64,000 nucleotides of DNA from Eledone cirrhosa (GCA_964016885.1 OZ024743.1:120838001-120902000); one strand, 5' to 3'. Numbered from the stretch's first letter, positions 14,476 to 28,396 are shown. Notes: generated by a model from the letters alone, not told the origin. Translations and numbers: made by a program.

Positions 14476-15265
14476 GTGGTGGTGGATTGGCAGTATCGGT
14501 AGAGGGTCGGACGCCATGCCTTCGAGCATAGTTATGTCACTTTATGGTCTGAGTGCAAATCCCGCCGAGGTTAACTTTGCCTTTCATCCTTACGGGGTCG
14601 ATAAAATAAAGTACCAGTAATACAATGGATAATTGCTGGCCTTGTGCTGAAAGTAGAAACAGTTATTATATGGTGGTGGATTGGCAGTATCGGTAGAGAG
14701 TCGGAAACAATGCTTTGCAGCAGAGTTACGGCCCTTTATGATCTGAGTTCAAATCCCGCCGAGGTTAACTTTGCCTTTCATCCTTACGGGGTCGATGAAA
14801 TAAAATTCCAGTTACCCATGGCGTCGATTTAATCGACTTTCCCCCTCTCCAAACATTGCTGGTCTTGTGCCTATATAAGAAACCATTATTATGTGGTGGT
14901 GGATTGGCAGTATCGGTAGAGGGTCGGACGCCATGCCTTCGAGCATAGTTATGTCCCTTTATGGTCTGAGTTCAAATCCCGCCGAGGTTAAATTTGCCTT
15001 TCATCTTTACGGGGGTCGATAAAATAAAGTACCAGTAATGCACTGGGTATTTGCTGGCCTTGTGCCAAAAGTAGAAACAATTATTATGTCGTCTTGTGTA
15101 CTATCGCACTCTCGGAAAACATGCTTTCTGGCATGAATTTAAGGCCCTTTACGTTCTGAGTTCAAATCCCGCCGAGGTTAGCGTTGCCTTTCATCTTTAC
15201 GGAGTCCATAAAATAAAGTACCAATAATGTACTGGGGTTGATTTAACTCACTTTCCCCTCCCCCA
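14476..15265 (+). mobile_element. Four head-to-tail SINE S1 copies
   Basis: Units at about 14476, 14671, 14893 and 15100, each with B-box and core. Confidence 0.85.
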
Positions 15266-16182
15266 ACGGTAATGTTCCGGTGACTGCTTTAATGATGCTT
15301 CTTATTGGACCACAGCCGGTGGTCCTGGATGAGAAGCATTCATATCGCTTCTAATAATATCCTTCCATACTGTTAATTGAAGTTCTTACTTTGTATCGAG
15401 AACTTTCCGGATGATACTTGCTGATTCAATTAATTACATTTTCCATATTTCACCCCTTCACAGGTTAAGATTTTTTATTTTGGAGGCTTCTTTCAAATTC
15501 TTCGTCACATTTCACAATCCAGATTACTTATTTCATTGAATGTTCCGAAGAGTTATTCATAGGAGACTATGGTAATTAGAATTGGTCTCCCCTATTACAA
15601 GTATGTTGACCAATAATATGACAATGTATCTCACATCAAATTATTCTATAAATCGCATTAATTCTTGAATATATTTGTCCTACGTTACGTTGAATTTGCT
15701 TTCCTTGACATATATAGTAGTAAAACTAGTATCTACTAGAGGTAAATTGCAGTCACTTTAAGTACAGTAGATATATCGATGGCATGACCTGAATCAAAAA
15801 TGACCCCTAAGTATACAAATCATAAATATTTAAAACATTAAAAATGTTTGGAATTATTAAAAAAATATATAAAAACGCATCACAAAAGAAGGACTAGACG
15901 GAGTACAAGTTTAAGACCGGAAAAAACAGGAGACACAAAACAGTTGAACATTGAGGAGGTCACATAATGTGTGAAGAAAGGACTTTCACAAACGAATGAA
16001 CAATAAACAATAAAGATAAAGATCAAGTGAAAATTATATGATGCATGTATTTCATTCTATTGGCAATATTTTCAACATGACCACTGACAAATATGATAGT
16101 ATAAAAAATTATGAATGCCCTTATATATGTGTGTATATATATATGTATGTATATATATATTTATATATATATATATATATAT

Positions 16183-17119
<937 letters not shown>

Positions 17120-17169
17120 ATAATAATAATATTATTTATACTTATATAAAAAATATATATAATTATAAA

Positions 17170-18282
17170 CAGGAAAGGTCAGTAGGTTTTAATTTTTTAC
17201 CACCTTATCACCAGTATGAGAAATAGCTCAATGTAAATACGTCAGATGTATTATAGAGCAAAATATAAAGTACAGAACAATCAAATCAATGTTTAATACA
17301 TTTTATTTCTCACAATCGTTTCTTCCAAACATTTGTTTGGCCTCATCGGGGCATTGGCAATGTTTAAACACATAAATAAATCCGTATTCTACAGAACATT
17401 CATAAAGATACGTTGATACTATTGTTGCTATCAATAGTGACATATTCAAAGTGAGTGAACATGTTGTGGTCTGCAAGAAAGGGTATAATAAAGATTATAA
17501 GAGAAGGTTACACGCAAAGGAGGAAATTAGTGGTACATAAGCATATAGGCAGTAAGAGTGCAGTAGTATTAAGTATATACAGCATAATATGGCAAAGAAT
17601 GCAGAGGTATTAAGCATATACAGCATAATATGGCAAAGATATCACGAAAAATAGGTGTAATAGCATGAACATATTAAGCAGTCAAGAATGCATGGGTAGG
17701 ATATAAGGTGAAAATTGAGAAGCAAATTGTGTAATATAGATAAACAAAGTTTCGTTGATACATGCGTTGAGAGTGGATTAGATACATAATTAAACAAACA
17801 ATCCAAGCAGAAATAAAGCTGTTGTGTAGTACAAGAAATGTTATGTAGTATTAAGATATGTATATGTGGTAAGATAATTATAGTTAAAACAGTTTCTATG
17901 TGAGTTTATGGTAGATGTGATGTGATACTTGTTCTGGTAATGTTTAAATGAAGATTGTTGTGAGTATAGACATTCTTTTTCCATTTTATTGATTATATTT
18001 AAGAAATATTTTAAAATAATATTTAAATAGATACAATTATGGATTGTATAATTCCCTTATTATAAAAGTGATTAAGGGTTAGAGTTGTTCTGAAGTGATC
18101 TCTTTTATATATTGATAACATCAATAGTATCAACGTATCTTTATGAATGTTCTGTAGAATAAAAATGTATTTATGTGTTTAAACTTTGCCAATGCTCTGA
18201 TGAAATCAAACAACTATTTGGATGAAACGATTGTCAACAATAAAATGTATTAAACACAGATCTGATTGTTCTGTACTTTATA
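17170..18282. mobile_element. Penelope-type fold-back element (about 170-bp diverged inverted arms)
   Basis: Arms 17265-17436 and 18111-18282; degenerate hammerhead CTGATGA...GAAACGATTGTC at 18197-18235; one-sided tail 17170-17265. Confidence 0.65.
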
Positions 18283-18299
18283 TATATATATATATATAT

Positions 18300-18419
<120 letters not shown>

Positions 18420-18475
18420 ATTAAAATAACAGATTAAAGTTTAAGCATATAATTGCTGCTTTCACCCTTAACGGT

Positions 18476-18870
18476 GTGGATTGGCAGTATCAGTAGAGAG
18501 TCGGACGCCATGCTTTCCAGCATAGTTACGTCCCTTTACGGTCTGAGTTCAAATCCCGCCGAGGTTAACTTTGCCTTTCATCCTTACGGGGTCGATAAAA
18601 TAAAGTACCAGTAATGTACTGGGTAATTGCTGGCCTTGTGCCAAAAGTAGAACCAATTATTATTATTATTATTATTATTATTATCGGTGGATTGGCAGTA
18701 TCGGTAGAGGGTCGGACGCCATGCACTGCAGGAAAGAGTTACATTCCTTTAGGCCTGAGTTCAAATCCCGCTGTGGCTAACTTAGCCTTTCATCCTTACG
18801 GGGTCGATAAAATAAAGTACCAGTAATACACTGGATTATAATTACTGGCCTTGTGCCAAAAGTAGAACAA

Positions 18871-18872
<2 letters not shown>
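18476..18872 (+). mobile_element. Two SINE S1 copies separated by (TTA)n
   Basis: A/B boxes, core and tail in both copies. Confidence 0.88.
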
Positions 18873-18906
<34 letters not shown>

Positions 18907-18909
18907 GTT

Positions 18910-20500
18910 TTTGAGTCTCAGTCATTGATGTTATTTAACTGGAAAGTTTGTTAAAATGAATATCAAGCCACTACCTGCAGCCTCAGATATTCAGGACGTA
19001 TTGGAGGGTTCTTGCTGTTCCCAGCAAGCATGCCTTTTGAAGAGTTCCAAAAAGCGGGACGGGACCAATTTTCTTTAACCATCCTTGGAAACTCTTTGAG
19101 ATAGTACCTAGTGCGCCTATGACAATCGGTACCGCTTTGACCTCATGGCAGTTCCAAATCCTTTTTACCGCCCCCTTTAAGTCCTGGTATCGGTTAATTT
19201 TCTCCCTCTCCTTCTCTTGCACTCTCGTGTCGAATGGGCAGGCTGCATCCACAATCATGCACGATCTTTTTCCCTTGTCCAAAACCACCACATCACGTTT
19301 ATTGTGTTCCAGTTTCTTGTCCGTCTGTATCCTAAAATCCCACAGCACCTTCACCTGATCGTTTTCCATCACCGACTCTGGCTTATGCTCATACCACTTC
19401 TCAGAATGTGGTAAATTGTTTACTTTGCTTAAGTGCCAGTGGTTCACCCTGCCCATCACATCATGTCTCCAGCCTTTATAGTGAGTCTGGACTAGGTGTT
19501 TACACTCGTATACAATGTGAGCCACAGTCTCCTCTCTCTCCACAGATCCTACACAGTGGGCTAGCCTCCTCCTTGTAAATATGGTGTTTTAGCCACTTCG
19601 CTTTGAGAGCTTGCTCTTGCGCAGCTATTAGCATTCCTTCTGTAGCCTTTTTAAGGTCTCCCCTTTTCAACCTGTTCCATGTCTGTGGATCTCTAAATTC
19701 CGTTTTCTCAAAGAAGGCACTATGAAGGGATTTTTCATGAAGGTTGCTCTTTCTCCTTGTTGATATTTCCTCCTTGGACATCCCCTGACATCTCTCCTTC
19801 AGTACAATTCTGAGCATGGGCTCCCTACTATCAGTCACGTATTTGTGTAGGTTGTTTTTCTCCATCTGAACACAGTCCTCTATGCTGATAAGACCTCTTC
19901 CACCTTCAGATCTCCTTAAGTAGAGTCTATCGACATCACACCTTTTGTGGAACATGTTGTAGATAGTCAATAGCTTCCTAGTCTTCCTATCCATTTCTTT
20001 TTGTTCAGCAATATTCCATCTCAGAATTCCCGCACTGTACCTAATAATAGACACAGCTCGGGAATTTACTGCACTTATGGCATTCCTACTGTTCAGATGT
20101 GACTTTAATACGCTCCTTATTCTCCGAATGTATTCAGCTCTTATCAATTCCTTCATTTTTTGGTTCTTGATGTCATCAGCCTCCAGAACACCTAAATATT
20201 TGTATCCTTCTTCAGCATCAATTTCCTTTATCATCTCACCTGTTGGTACCTGGATTCCGTTGCTTCTGCTCAATTTACCCCTCTTCATCACAAGGACTCC
20301 ACACTTACTAATACCAAATTGCATACATATATCATTGCTGAAAATACGGACAGTGTCAACAAGCACATCCAACTTCTTCTCATCTTCTCGAAGAGCTTAA
20401 GATCGTCCATGAAGAGGAGGTGATGGATAGTAAGCTCTCCCTTTCCCAACTTGTATCCCGCTCTCACTTTTCGCTCTCACTGGAAGATACCTCTCTTGAT
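18910..20500 (-). mobile_element. 5'-truncated R4/Dong LINE
   Basis: ORFs 19500-20372 and 18983-19543 are highly similar to the 3279-6536 copy; flanked by (TTA)n. Confidence 0.92.
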
Positions 20501-20521
20501 TATTATTATTATTATTATTAA

Positions 20522-20554
<33 letters not shown>

Positions 20555-20579
20555 TCTTCTTCTTATTATTATTATTATT

Positions 20580-20730
20580 TGACGCATAGAGTTACGGCCC
20601 TTGCCATTCTGAGTTCAAATCCCGCCGCGGTTAACTTTGCCTTTCATCCTTACGGGGTCGTTAAAATAAAGTACCAGTAATACACTGGGTGATTGGTGGC
20701 CTTGTGCCTAACGTAGAAACAATTATTATT
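20580..20730 (+). mobile_element. SINE S1 (5'-truncated)
   Basis: B-box, core and tail. Confidence 0.8.
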
Positions 20731-20732
20731 GT

Positions 20733-21700
20733 TGCCAGGCACTCACTGCCCTCTACCAAGCGGGAAATGCGATCAGTGGAACTTCCACTGTCGAGTTCTA
20801 TAGAGGATTAGTGGTGGGCAAGTGCGATAACGCACTCGGAGAAGCTTTGGGCCTCGACGAAGTCGAACTGACCAGTCTGTGCCGGAGGACTTTTGAGCCG
20901 GGGACGATGGACAATTTCCAGAAATCCCTCGCTTGGCAGTGCTACCGGGGGGCACTGCCGGTTCGGGATAAACTCTACAGGCACGGAAGTGCTGTCAGAC
21001 GGACCTGCCCAAAATGTGCACAGAACGACGAAACCGTTCTGCACGCACTTGTCCAATGTCCGTGCATTACTGACTTGTGGAGTTATGTCGAACAGCTACT
21101 GTCGCGTGTGGAACGAATCCGGCTATCGGTCGAGTCCATAGTGAAGATCGAGCCGCCACCTTCCTTAGGTCAGGAAGAGCAGGACATTTTCCTCTGTCTG
21201 GTGGCAGTTGCGAAAGAGATTATATGGTGGACCAGGTTGAAAGGACTAAAGACAGACTCTTTTCTCTTCGGCCAATCCCTCATCAACTTCTTCAAGTTTC
21301 ACCTGGAAAGGAGGGTGAGGGTGGAGAGAGAAGTGCTGCCCTCCAGTACATTTGCTAAAAGGTGGGTGAATGTGGCGAGAATGGCTCGTGTGAATGGACC
21401 TACTCTGTCCATGCGCCTATAGACTGGCTAACTTGAGGAGAGGGGTGCTCTCCTGGGTGCCCTAGAAGCGCACGGTGGTTCAGGATTTGTGGGGTACCCG
21501 AATCACCCCAGTGTCGTCCACCCCCAATCGGGGAATTTATTTTGTTATATTTATGCATAGTGTATTTTATATTTTTATATTTTCATTGTTAAATTAGTCT
21601 TGCCATTGTGAACTTTTACTCGACCTTATTGTAAACCCCCACTGTTCCTGTCTTTGCATTGTCCCCTACATGTCGGCCTTGTGGCTAATAAATGAAATCA
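20733..21700 (+). mobile_element. L1/Tx1-clade LINE 3' fragment (zf-RVT domain plus 3' UTR)
   Basis: ORF 20811-21422 has WQCYRGALPVRDKL..CPKCAQNDETVLHALVQCP..W and AKEIIWWTR; ends AATAAA followed by (TTA)n. Confidence 0.8.
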
Positions 21701-21724
21701 TTATTATTATTATTATTATTATTA

Positions 21725-22290
21725 TCTCAGTCATTGATGTTATTTAACTGGAAAGTTTGTTGAAATGAATGTCAAGCCGTTACATGCAGCCTCAGATATT
21801 CAGGACGTATCGGAAGGTCCTTGCTGTTCCCAGCAAACATGCCTTTTGACTCAGACTCAGACTCAGAAGCTCGCGCGTCTTGCGACGCATGAGGCAATCA
21901 TAGTGTTCCATCGCGTTCGGTCAGCAGCCAGTTGCACAGCGTCCCGCCATTGTCTGTTTGTCGCTCGCAGGTCCCTCTCAACTGTCTGGCGCCAGTTCAT
22001 TCTGGGTCGCCCTCTCCATCTTATTCCCTGCGGGCTCCATTTAAATACTTGGTTCGTCAGTCTCTCCGGAGGAAGTCTCAAAGCGCGTCCAAACCAGCCC
22101 AAGCGTCGCGTGCAGATGGTAGAATAGACTAGCCTTTTGAAGTGTTCCAAAAAGGGGGGGGGGGGGCTGGACTAACTTTCTTTAACCATCCTTGGAAACT
22201 CTAGTGCGCCTATTACAATCGGGACGACTCTGACTTCATGGCAGTTCCAAATTCTTTTTACCTCCCACTTTAAGTCCTGGTATCGGTTAA
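21725..22290 (-). mobile_element. R4/Dong 3' fragment interrupted by an RTE insertion
   Basis: Same 3' UTR and C-terminal sequence as the other Dong copies on both sides of 21850-22131. Confidence 0.85.
21850..22131 (-). mobile_element. RTE-clade LINE 3' fragment with (TCTGAG)n tail and 9-bp TSD
   Basis: RRLGWFGRALR..KWSPQGIRWRGRPRMNWRQTVERDL..AADRTRW; TSD GCCTTTTGA at 21841-21849 and 22132-22140. Confidence 0.85.
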
Positions 22291-22329
22291 TTATTATTAT
22301 TATTATTATTATTATTATTGTTATTACTC

Positions 22330-23490
22330 TTTGAGTCTCAGTCATTGATGTTAGTTAACTGGAAAGTTTGTTGAGATGAATATCAAGCCACTACCTGCAG
22401 CCTCAGATATTCAGGACGTATCGGAGGGTTCTTGCTGTTCCAAGCAAGCATGCCTTTTGAAGCGTTCCCAAAAGCGTGAAGGGGCCGATTTTCTTTAACC
22501 ATCCCTGGAAACCTTTGGAGATAGTCCCCAGTGCGCCTATGACAATCGGGATCACTTTGACTTCATGGCAGTTCCAAATCCTTTTCACCTCCCACTTTAG
22601 GTCCTGGTATCGGTTAATTTTCTCCCTCTCCTTCTCTTGCACTCTCGTGTCGAACGGACAGGCCACATCCACAATCAGGCACGATCTTTTTTCTTTGTCC
22701 ACAACCACCAGGTCAGGTCTATTGTGTTCCAGTTTTTTGTCCGTCTGTATCCTAAAATCCCACAGCACCTTCACCTGACTGTTCTCCATCACCGCCTCTG
22801 GCCTATGCTCATACCATTTCTCAGAATGTGGTAGATTGTTTACTTTGCACAGGTGCCAGCGGATCACCCTGCCCATCACATCGTGTCTCCAGCCCTTATA
22901 GTGGGTCTGGGCTAGGTGTTTACACTCGGACACAATGTGAGCCACAGTCTCCTCTCTCTCTCCACAGATCCTGCACAGTGGGCTAGCCTCCTCCTTGTAG
23001 ATATGGTGCTTCAACCACTTCGTTTTGAGGGCCTGCTCCTGCGCAGCCATTAGCATTCCTTCTGTAGCCTTTTTGAGGTCTCCTCTTCTAAACCAGTTCC
23101 ATGTCTGTGGATCTCTAAATTCAGTTTTCTCAAAGAAGGTACTATGAAGGGATTTTCCCTTAAGGCTGCTCTTCCTCCTTGATGTTATTTCCTCCTTGGA
23201 TATCCCCTGGCCTACTGTCCCCTCCTTCAGTACAGCTCTGAGCATTGGCTCCTTACTATAGGTCACGTATTTGTATAGGTTGTTTTTCTCCATCTGAACA
23301 CAGTCCTCTATGCTGATAAGACCTCTTCCACCCTCAGATCTCCTTAGGTAGAGTCTATCGACATCACTCCTCTTGTGGAACATGTTGTAGATAGTCAATA
23401 GCTTCCTAGTCTTCCTATCCATTTCTTTTTGTTCAGCAACATTCCATCTCAGAATTCCCGCACTGTACCTAATAATAGACACATTATTAT
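22330..23490 (-). mobile_element. 5'-truncated R4/Dong LINE (open frame)
   Basis: Uninterrupted RT-thumb/CCHC/RLE frame SIIRYSAG...LRYVLNI; flanked by (TTA)n. Confidence 0.92.
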
Positions 23491-23508
23491 TATTATTATT
23501 AATAGACA

Positions 23509-23545
<37 letters not shown>

Positions 23546-23639
23546 ATAAGCGGTGGATAGGCAGTATTGGTAGAGGGTCGGACGCCATGCTTTGATGTAT
23601 TGTGTCAAAAGTAGAAACAATTATTATTATTATTGTTGT

Positions 23640-23911
23640 TCTTTGAGTCTCAGTCATTGATGTTATTTAACTGGAAAGTTTGTTGAAATGAATATCAAGC
23701 CGCTACCTGCAGCCTCAGATATCCAGGACGTATCGGAGGGTTCTTGCTGTTCCCAGCAGGCATGCCTTTTGAGTTGTTCCAAAAAGCGGGGCTGGACTAA
23801 TCTTCTTTAACCGTCGTTGGAAACTCTTTGAGATAGTACCTAGTGCGCCTATGTCAATCGGGACGACATTGATTTCATGGCAGTTCCAAATCCTTTTTAA
23901 CTCCCACTGGT
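23640..23911 (-). mobile_element. Short R4/Dong 3' fragment
   Basis: 3' UTR plus last about 65 codons match the other copies. Confidence 0.85.
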
Positions 23912-23922
23912 ATTATTATTAT

Positions 23923-24054
<132 letters not shown>

Positions 24055-24358
24055 AAAAGTCCTATTTAAATTGTTGGGATACAACAAGCAAATATTTTTA
24101 TAACTGATATGAAAGCACTTAACAAATAATTGGAGCAAAAATACGATATTAACAAATGGAAACTATATTTATAAAACTAAAATTTATAAAAGTAATGGTT
24201 GCATTCTTTAAGGGTATGTCAATATTTATTTATAAAACTGCTCTATATTATATTTTATCTGATGAAAGCACACCATAATTTAACTTGGTATCCTTGAAAT
24301 ATGTATAATGAAATAAATATGGTTTTATAAATATAGTTTCCATTTGTTAATATCGTAT
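24055..24358. mobile_element. Penelope-type fold-back mini-element, family E
   Basis: Inverted arms 24140-24177 / 24322-24358, hammerhead between them, tail 24055-24140; homologous to 39086-39435. Confidence 0.75.
24251..24315 (+). ncRNA. Minimal type I hammerhead ribozyme motif
   Basis: TATTTTAT-CTGATGA-AAG..ACCA..TGGT..CTT-GAAA-TATGTA-TA-ATGAAATA. Confidence 0.75.
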
Positions 24359-24375
24359 ATATATATATATATATA

Positions 24376-24636
24376 ACGAAGGAAATGTGGTAAGGAACCA
24401 GATGGACCAACCATAACGCACGAAAGTACTCAATACTTAGGGTAGTAGAGTGGGTAATAGGAACGAGTAGGTCCCCGACGGCTGAGCTCAAGCCGTTTCG
24501 ACGGCTAATTCTGGATTAAATAAACATTTTTATCCTGGTAAAAACATTGTTTTACCAGGATAAAAAACTTTCATTTAGTCCAGAATTAGCCGTCGAAACG
24601 GCTTGAGCTCAGCCGTCGGGGTCCTACTCGTTCCTA
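24376..24636. mobile_element. Fold-back mini-element family A, copy 1
   Basis: About 90-bp inverted arms centred near 24546, one-sided tail 24376-24456, (TA)n on both flanks; arms contain GAAAC-GGCTTGAGCTCAGCC-GTC. Confidence 0.8.
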
Positions 24637-24710
24637 TATATATATATATATATATATATATAGATATATAGATAGATATATATACATACATATATATATA
24701 TATACATATA

Positions 24711-24836
<126 letters not shown>

Positions 24837-24845
24837 TATATATAT

Positions 24846-24884
<39 letters not shown>

Positions 24885-24888
<4 letters not shown>

Positions 24889-25066
24889 AACCAGTAAGAC
24901 CCCGACAGCTGAGCTCAAGCCGTTTCGACGGCTAATTCTGGACTCGAAACGGCTTGAGCTCAGCTGTCGGGGTCTTACTGGTTCCTATTACCCACTCTAC
25001 TACCTCAAGTATTGAGTACTTTGGTGCGTTATGGTCCACCTGGTTCCTTACCACATTTCCTTCGTT
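24885..25066. mobile_element. Fold-back mini-element family A, copy 2
   Basis: Same arms, tail on the right, TA flanks. Confidence 0.8.
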
Positions 25067-25517
25067 ATATATATAATGTTATAGAATGACCTAAAAATAG
25101 AAATCATAGGATCGAATGATAGTTCAATACCAAATCAATAAACATACCATTAACATTGGGGGAAAATGAAATTTAATGTCAAATCAAAAATGAATGTTTG
25201 TGTTGTTGTAAGTTCTAGGTTAGGATGTTGGATCCAGGTCACTGCACATGGGAATTATCCCTTTAGACAGGATACTCTGCTTCCCTTCAATACTAATAAT
25301 ATTGCTGTAAGCAAGCACTCAGTGACCCCAAAGCATCTCAGAATGGATTGAATACTTAATTGATTAGTTGTTTTCCTGGTTTAGTAACCATGAATATCCG
25401 TTCTTCATCTATTTCTTTTTCGAGCTACAGGCAATCAAAGTTCATATACATTATTTTGAGACACCCTGTATATATATATATATGTAGATATATATATGTA
25501 TATATACATATATATAT

Positions 25518-25606
<89 letters not shown>

Positions 25607-25611
25607 TACAT

Positions 25612-25676
<65 letters not shown>

Positions 25677-25870
25677 CATATATAATTATATATATAAATA
25701 TGTGTTTAGATATATATTATAAGAAATAAAAAGGGAAAAAAAATATATATATTTTTCTTCCTAATAATCGTCTTTTTCTCCCTGTTTTCATATATATATA
25801 TGTATATATATATATATATGTATATACATGTGTATATATACAGGATGTCTAAAAAATGTATGTGTGCATA

Positions 25871-25930
<60 letters not shown>

Positions 25931-26352
25931 AGTGCAAAAATCACAATATAAAGAAAAAACAAATACTCACACTACATGTTTTTCAACAAACACATGATGT
26001 TTTAAACAATAAAAGTTTTTATATATAAATGCAAAATACAATATATAACAGAAGTAGTGTAAGAGTAAATATAGTCACATATCTTTACTTTACCCTTAAA
26101 TGTTTTTACATCATTTTTCATAAATCCACGATACATTATAAACGAAAATAACATAAAATAGAAATAGTCACATTCGTTACGGAGCTTTTTTCATATATAA
26201 ACTCTCACTTACGTTTTCTCGATAATTATGTATACATATAGTGAATTGATTTTTTTAATGTACGATGTAGCTATTTAGTCAATTGTCTTCTTGATTTTGT
26301 TGAGTTGGTTGATTTGTTGTCGTTGTTGTTATTCTTGTTGTTTTTATAGTTG

Positions 26353-26457
26353 CGCTTCTTCTTCTTCTTCTTCTTCTTCTTCTTCTTCTTCTTCTTCTTC
26401 TTCTTCTTCTTCTTCTTCTTCTTCTTTTTCTTCTTGCCACTGCTGCTGCTGCTGCTG

Positions 26458-26491
<34 letters not shown>

Positions 26492-26495
26492 AACA

Positions 26496-26569
<74 letters not shown>
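26353..26569. repeat. Compound microsatellite (CTT)n(CTG)n(CTA)n
   Basis: Direct reading of the sequence. Confidence 0.97.
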
Positions 26570-26879
26570 CAGTTCCTCTTCTACATGCATAACTGCACAC
26601 AAAAACACAAACATATTTCCATTTAGACCTAAAAAAACATTGGCACACGAATCAATTCTCACATATGCATATAAATAAATGAATAAACAGAATGTGTAAA
26701 ATATCAAGATCTAGAATCATTAGGGTAGATCTAGGTGTGAGTGTATGATTGATAGAACGTGTGTACATAGTAAACGCAAAACATTCCACTAAAAGAAAAT
26801 GTTCGATGCAAAGACATTATCAAATACTGTAGGTTGAGTGGTAGGGTAGCCGTGAGATTCTGAGACAGATAGAGAATAC

Positions 26880-26913
<34 letters not shown>

Positions 26914-27155
26914 ATGGCTGTAAATTCTGCTAAGAGTATTACTATCTCCTTGTCAGATTATAGAGTTTGGTACACCTATAGGCTACGGTGAGACAAAAGA
27001 ACCTGTAACATAACCAGAACAAGCAATAGCTGTCCTTTGAAGGTTTTTTTAAGTGGGGAAAGGTCCCTACACTCAAACCAATCCCACTATCTTAGCATCA
27101 AAGACACTATCCGAAAAGGAGAACTGGTCAACATCATCATATACATATACATACA

Positions 27156-27207
<52 letters not shown>

Positions 27208-27211
27208 CATA

Positions 27212-27252
<41 letters not shown>

Positions 27253-27254
<2 letters not shown>

Positions 27255-27409
27255 CAATGGAATTGTGGTAAGGAACCAGATGGACATAACGCACCAGAGC
27301 ACGCAATACTTAGGGTAGTAGAGTGGGAAATAGGAAAAAGTATGACCCCGATGGCAGAGCTCAAGCCGTTTCGAAACGGCTTGAGCTCTGCCATCGGGGT
27401 CATACTTTT

Positions 27410-27414
<5 letters not shown>
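27253..27414. mobile_element. Fold-back mini-element family A, copy 3 (spacerless palindrome)
   Basis: Palindrome centred on TTTCGAAA 27369-27376; tail on the left; TA flanks. Confidence 0.8.
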
Positions 27415-27470
<56 letters not shown>

Positions 27471-27474
<4 letters not shown>

Positions 27475-27917
27475 GATTGGTGCTCCCTTCTTTCGCCGAA
27501 AAGAAGTAAGTGACATAGTCACTACTTTAAAACCGATAGCGTGTGGTTTTCAAAATGTTTTTAATTAAACATAAGGTATATTGCCAAATATACTATACAT
27601 ACATTCATACATCATCGCTATTTCAGAACACCAATCCTAATACCTAATTTTTGCTGGACCGGCAATCGGTCTGTATAATCACCTCCTGATTATTACTGGA
27701 ATTCTATAAGAATCCAGCTTCTATAATTTTCGGCGAAAGCAGGGAGTGCGTGACTCTGATGATCAAGAACAGCGTGAAACAGACTGTTAGCTTCTCTCCC
27801 TGCTTTCGCCGAAAAGAAGTAAGTGACATTCACTACTTTAAAACCGATAGCGTTTGGTCTTCATAATGTTTTTAATTAAACATACGGTATATTGCCAAAT
27901 ATACTATTCATACATTT
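27471..27917 (+). mobile_element. pLTR/retrozyme-like cassette with about 120-bp direct repeats
   Basis: Direct repeats about 27483-27605 and 27796-27916; short inverted repeat TTAGGATTGGTG/CACCAATCCTAA; hammerhead between the repeats. Confidence 0.7.
27727..27815 (+). ncRNA. Hammerhead-like motif inside a long hairpin
   Basis: CTGATGA 27756-27762, GAAA-CAGACTG-TT 27776-27788, enclosed by a 20-bp TTTTCGGCGAAAGCAGGGAG/CTCCCTGCTTTCGCCGAAAA stem; stems I and II are weak. Confidence 0.55.
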
Positions 27918-28129
27918 ATATATATATATATATATACATAGTATTAAGTATACTATTTATGGTTATGCAAATACAAAAACCTTTTGTAGTTATATATATT
28001 TTTATAAACCCTAAATAGTGGTAGGCAGTATATATTACTACCTTATTACCAGTAAGTTAAATAGCTCAATGTAATAACATCAGATGATTTACAGAGCAGT
28101 TATATATATATATATACACATATATATAC

Positions 28130-28175
<46 letters not shown>

Positions 28176-28396
28176 GCAGGATGAATTCAGTTTGAAACTG
28201 GTTAGAACATTACTCAGCACAGTACACGATACTTGAGGTGGTAGAGTATGGCTATATTATAAAAGAGTCGGCGTCTGACGGCTGAGCTCGCGCCGTTTCA
28301 ATAACTAGTACCAGAATGATTGACGATGGGTGTCGCGGTTTAATAGCTGAATTACCAGGGGTATAGTTTGTCCAAATAAGGGCATACATTATTTAT

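Noticed and set aside
14476-15265. CRISPR-like array or tRNA genes
   Set aside because: The repeats are about 200-bp SINEs with A/B boxes; no unique spacers, no cas genes, no full cloverleaf
22403-23620. 405-aa ORF as an intact gene
   Set aside because: The N-terminus is fortuitous read-through from a SINE and (AAT)n; the rest is a truncated LINE
25200-25860. Tc1/mariner remnant with CAGGGTGTCTCAAAA-like ends
   Set aside because: The TIR-like words at about 25455 and 25841 point outward and coding similarity is too weak
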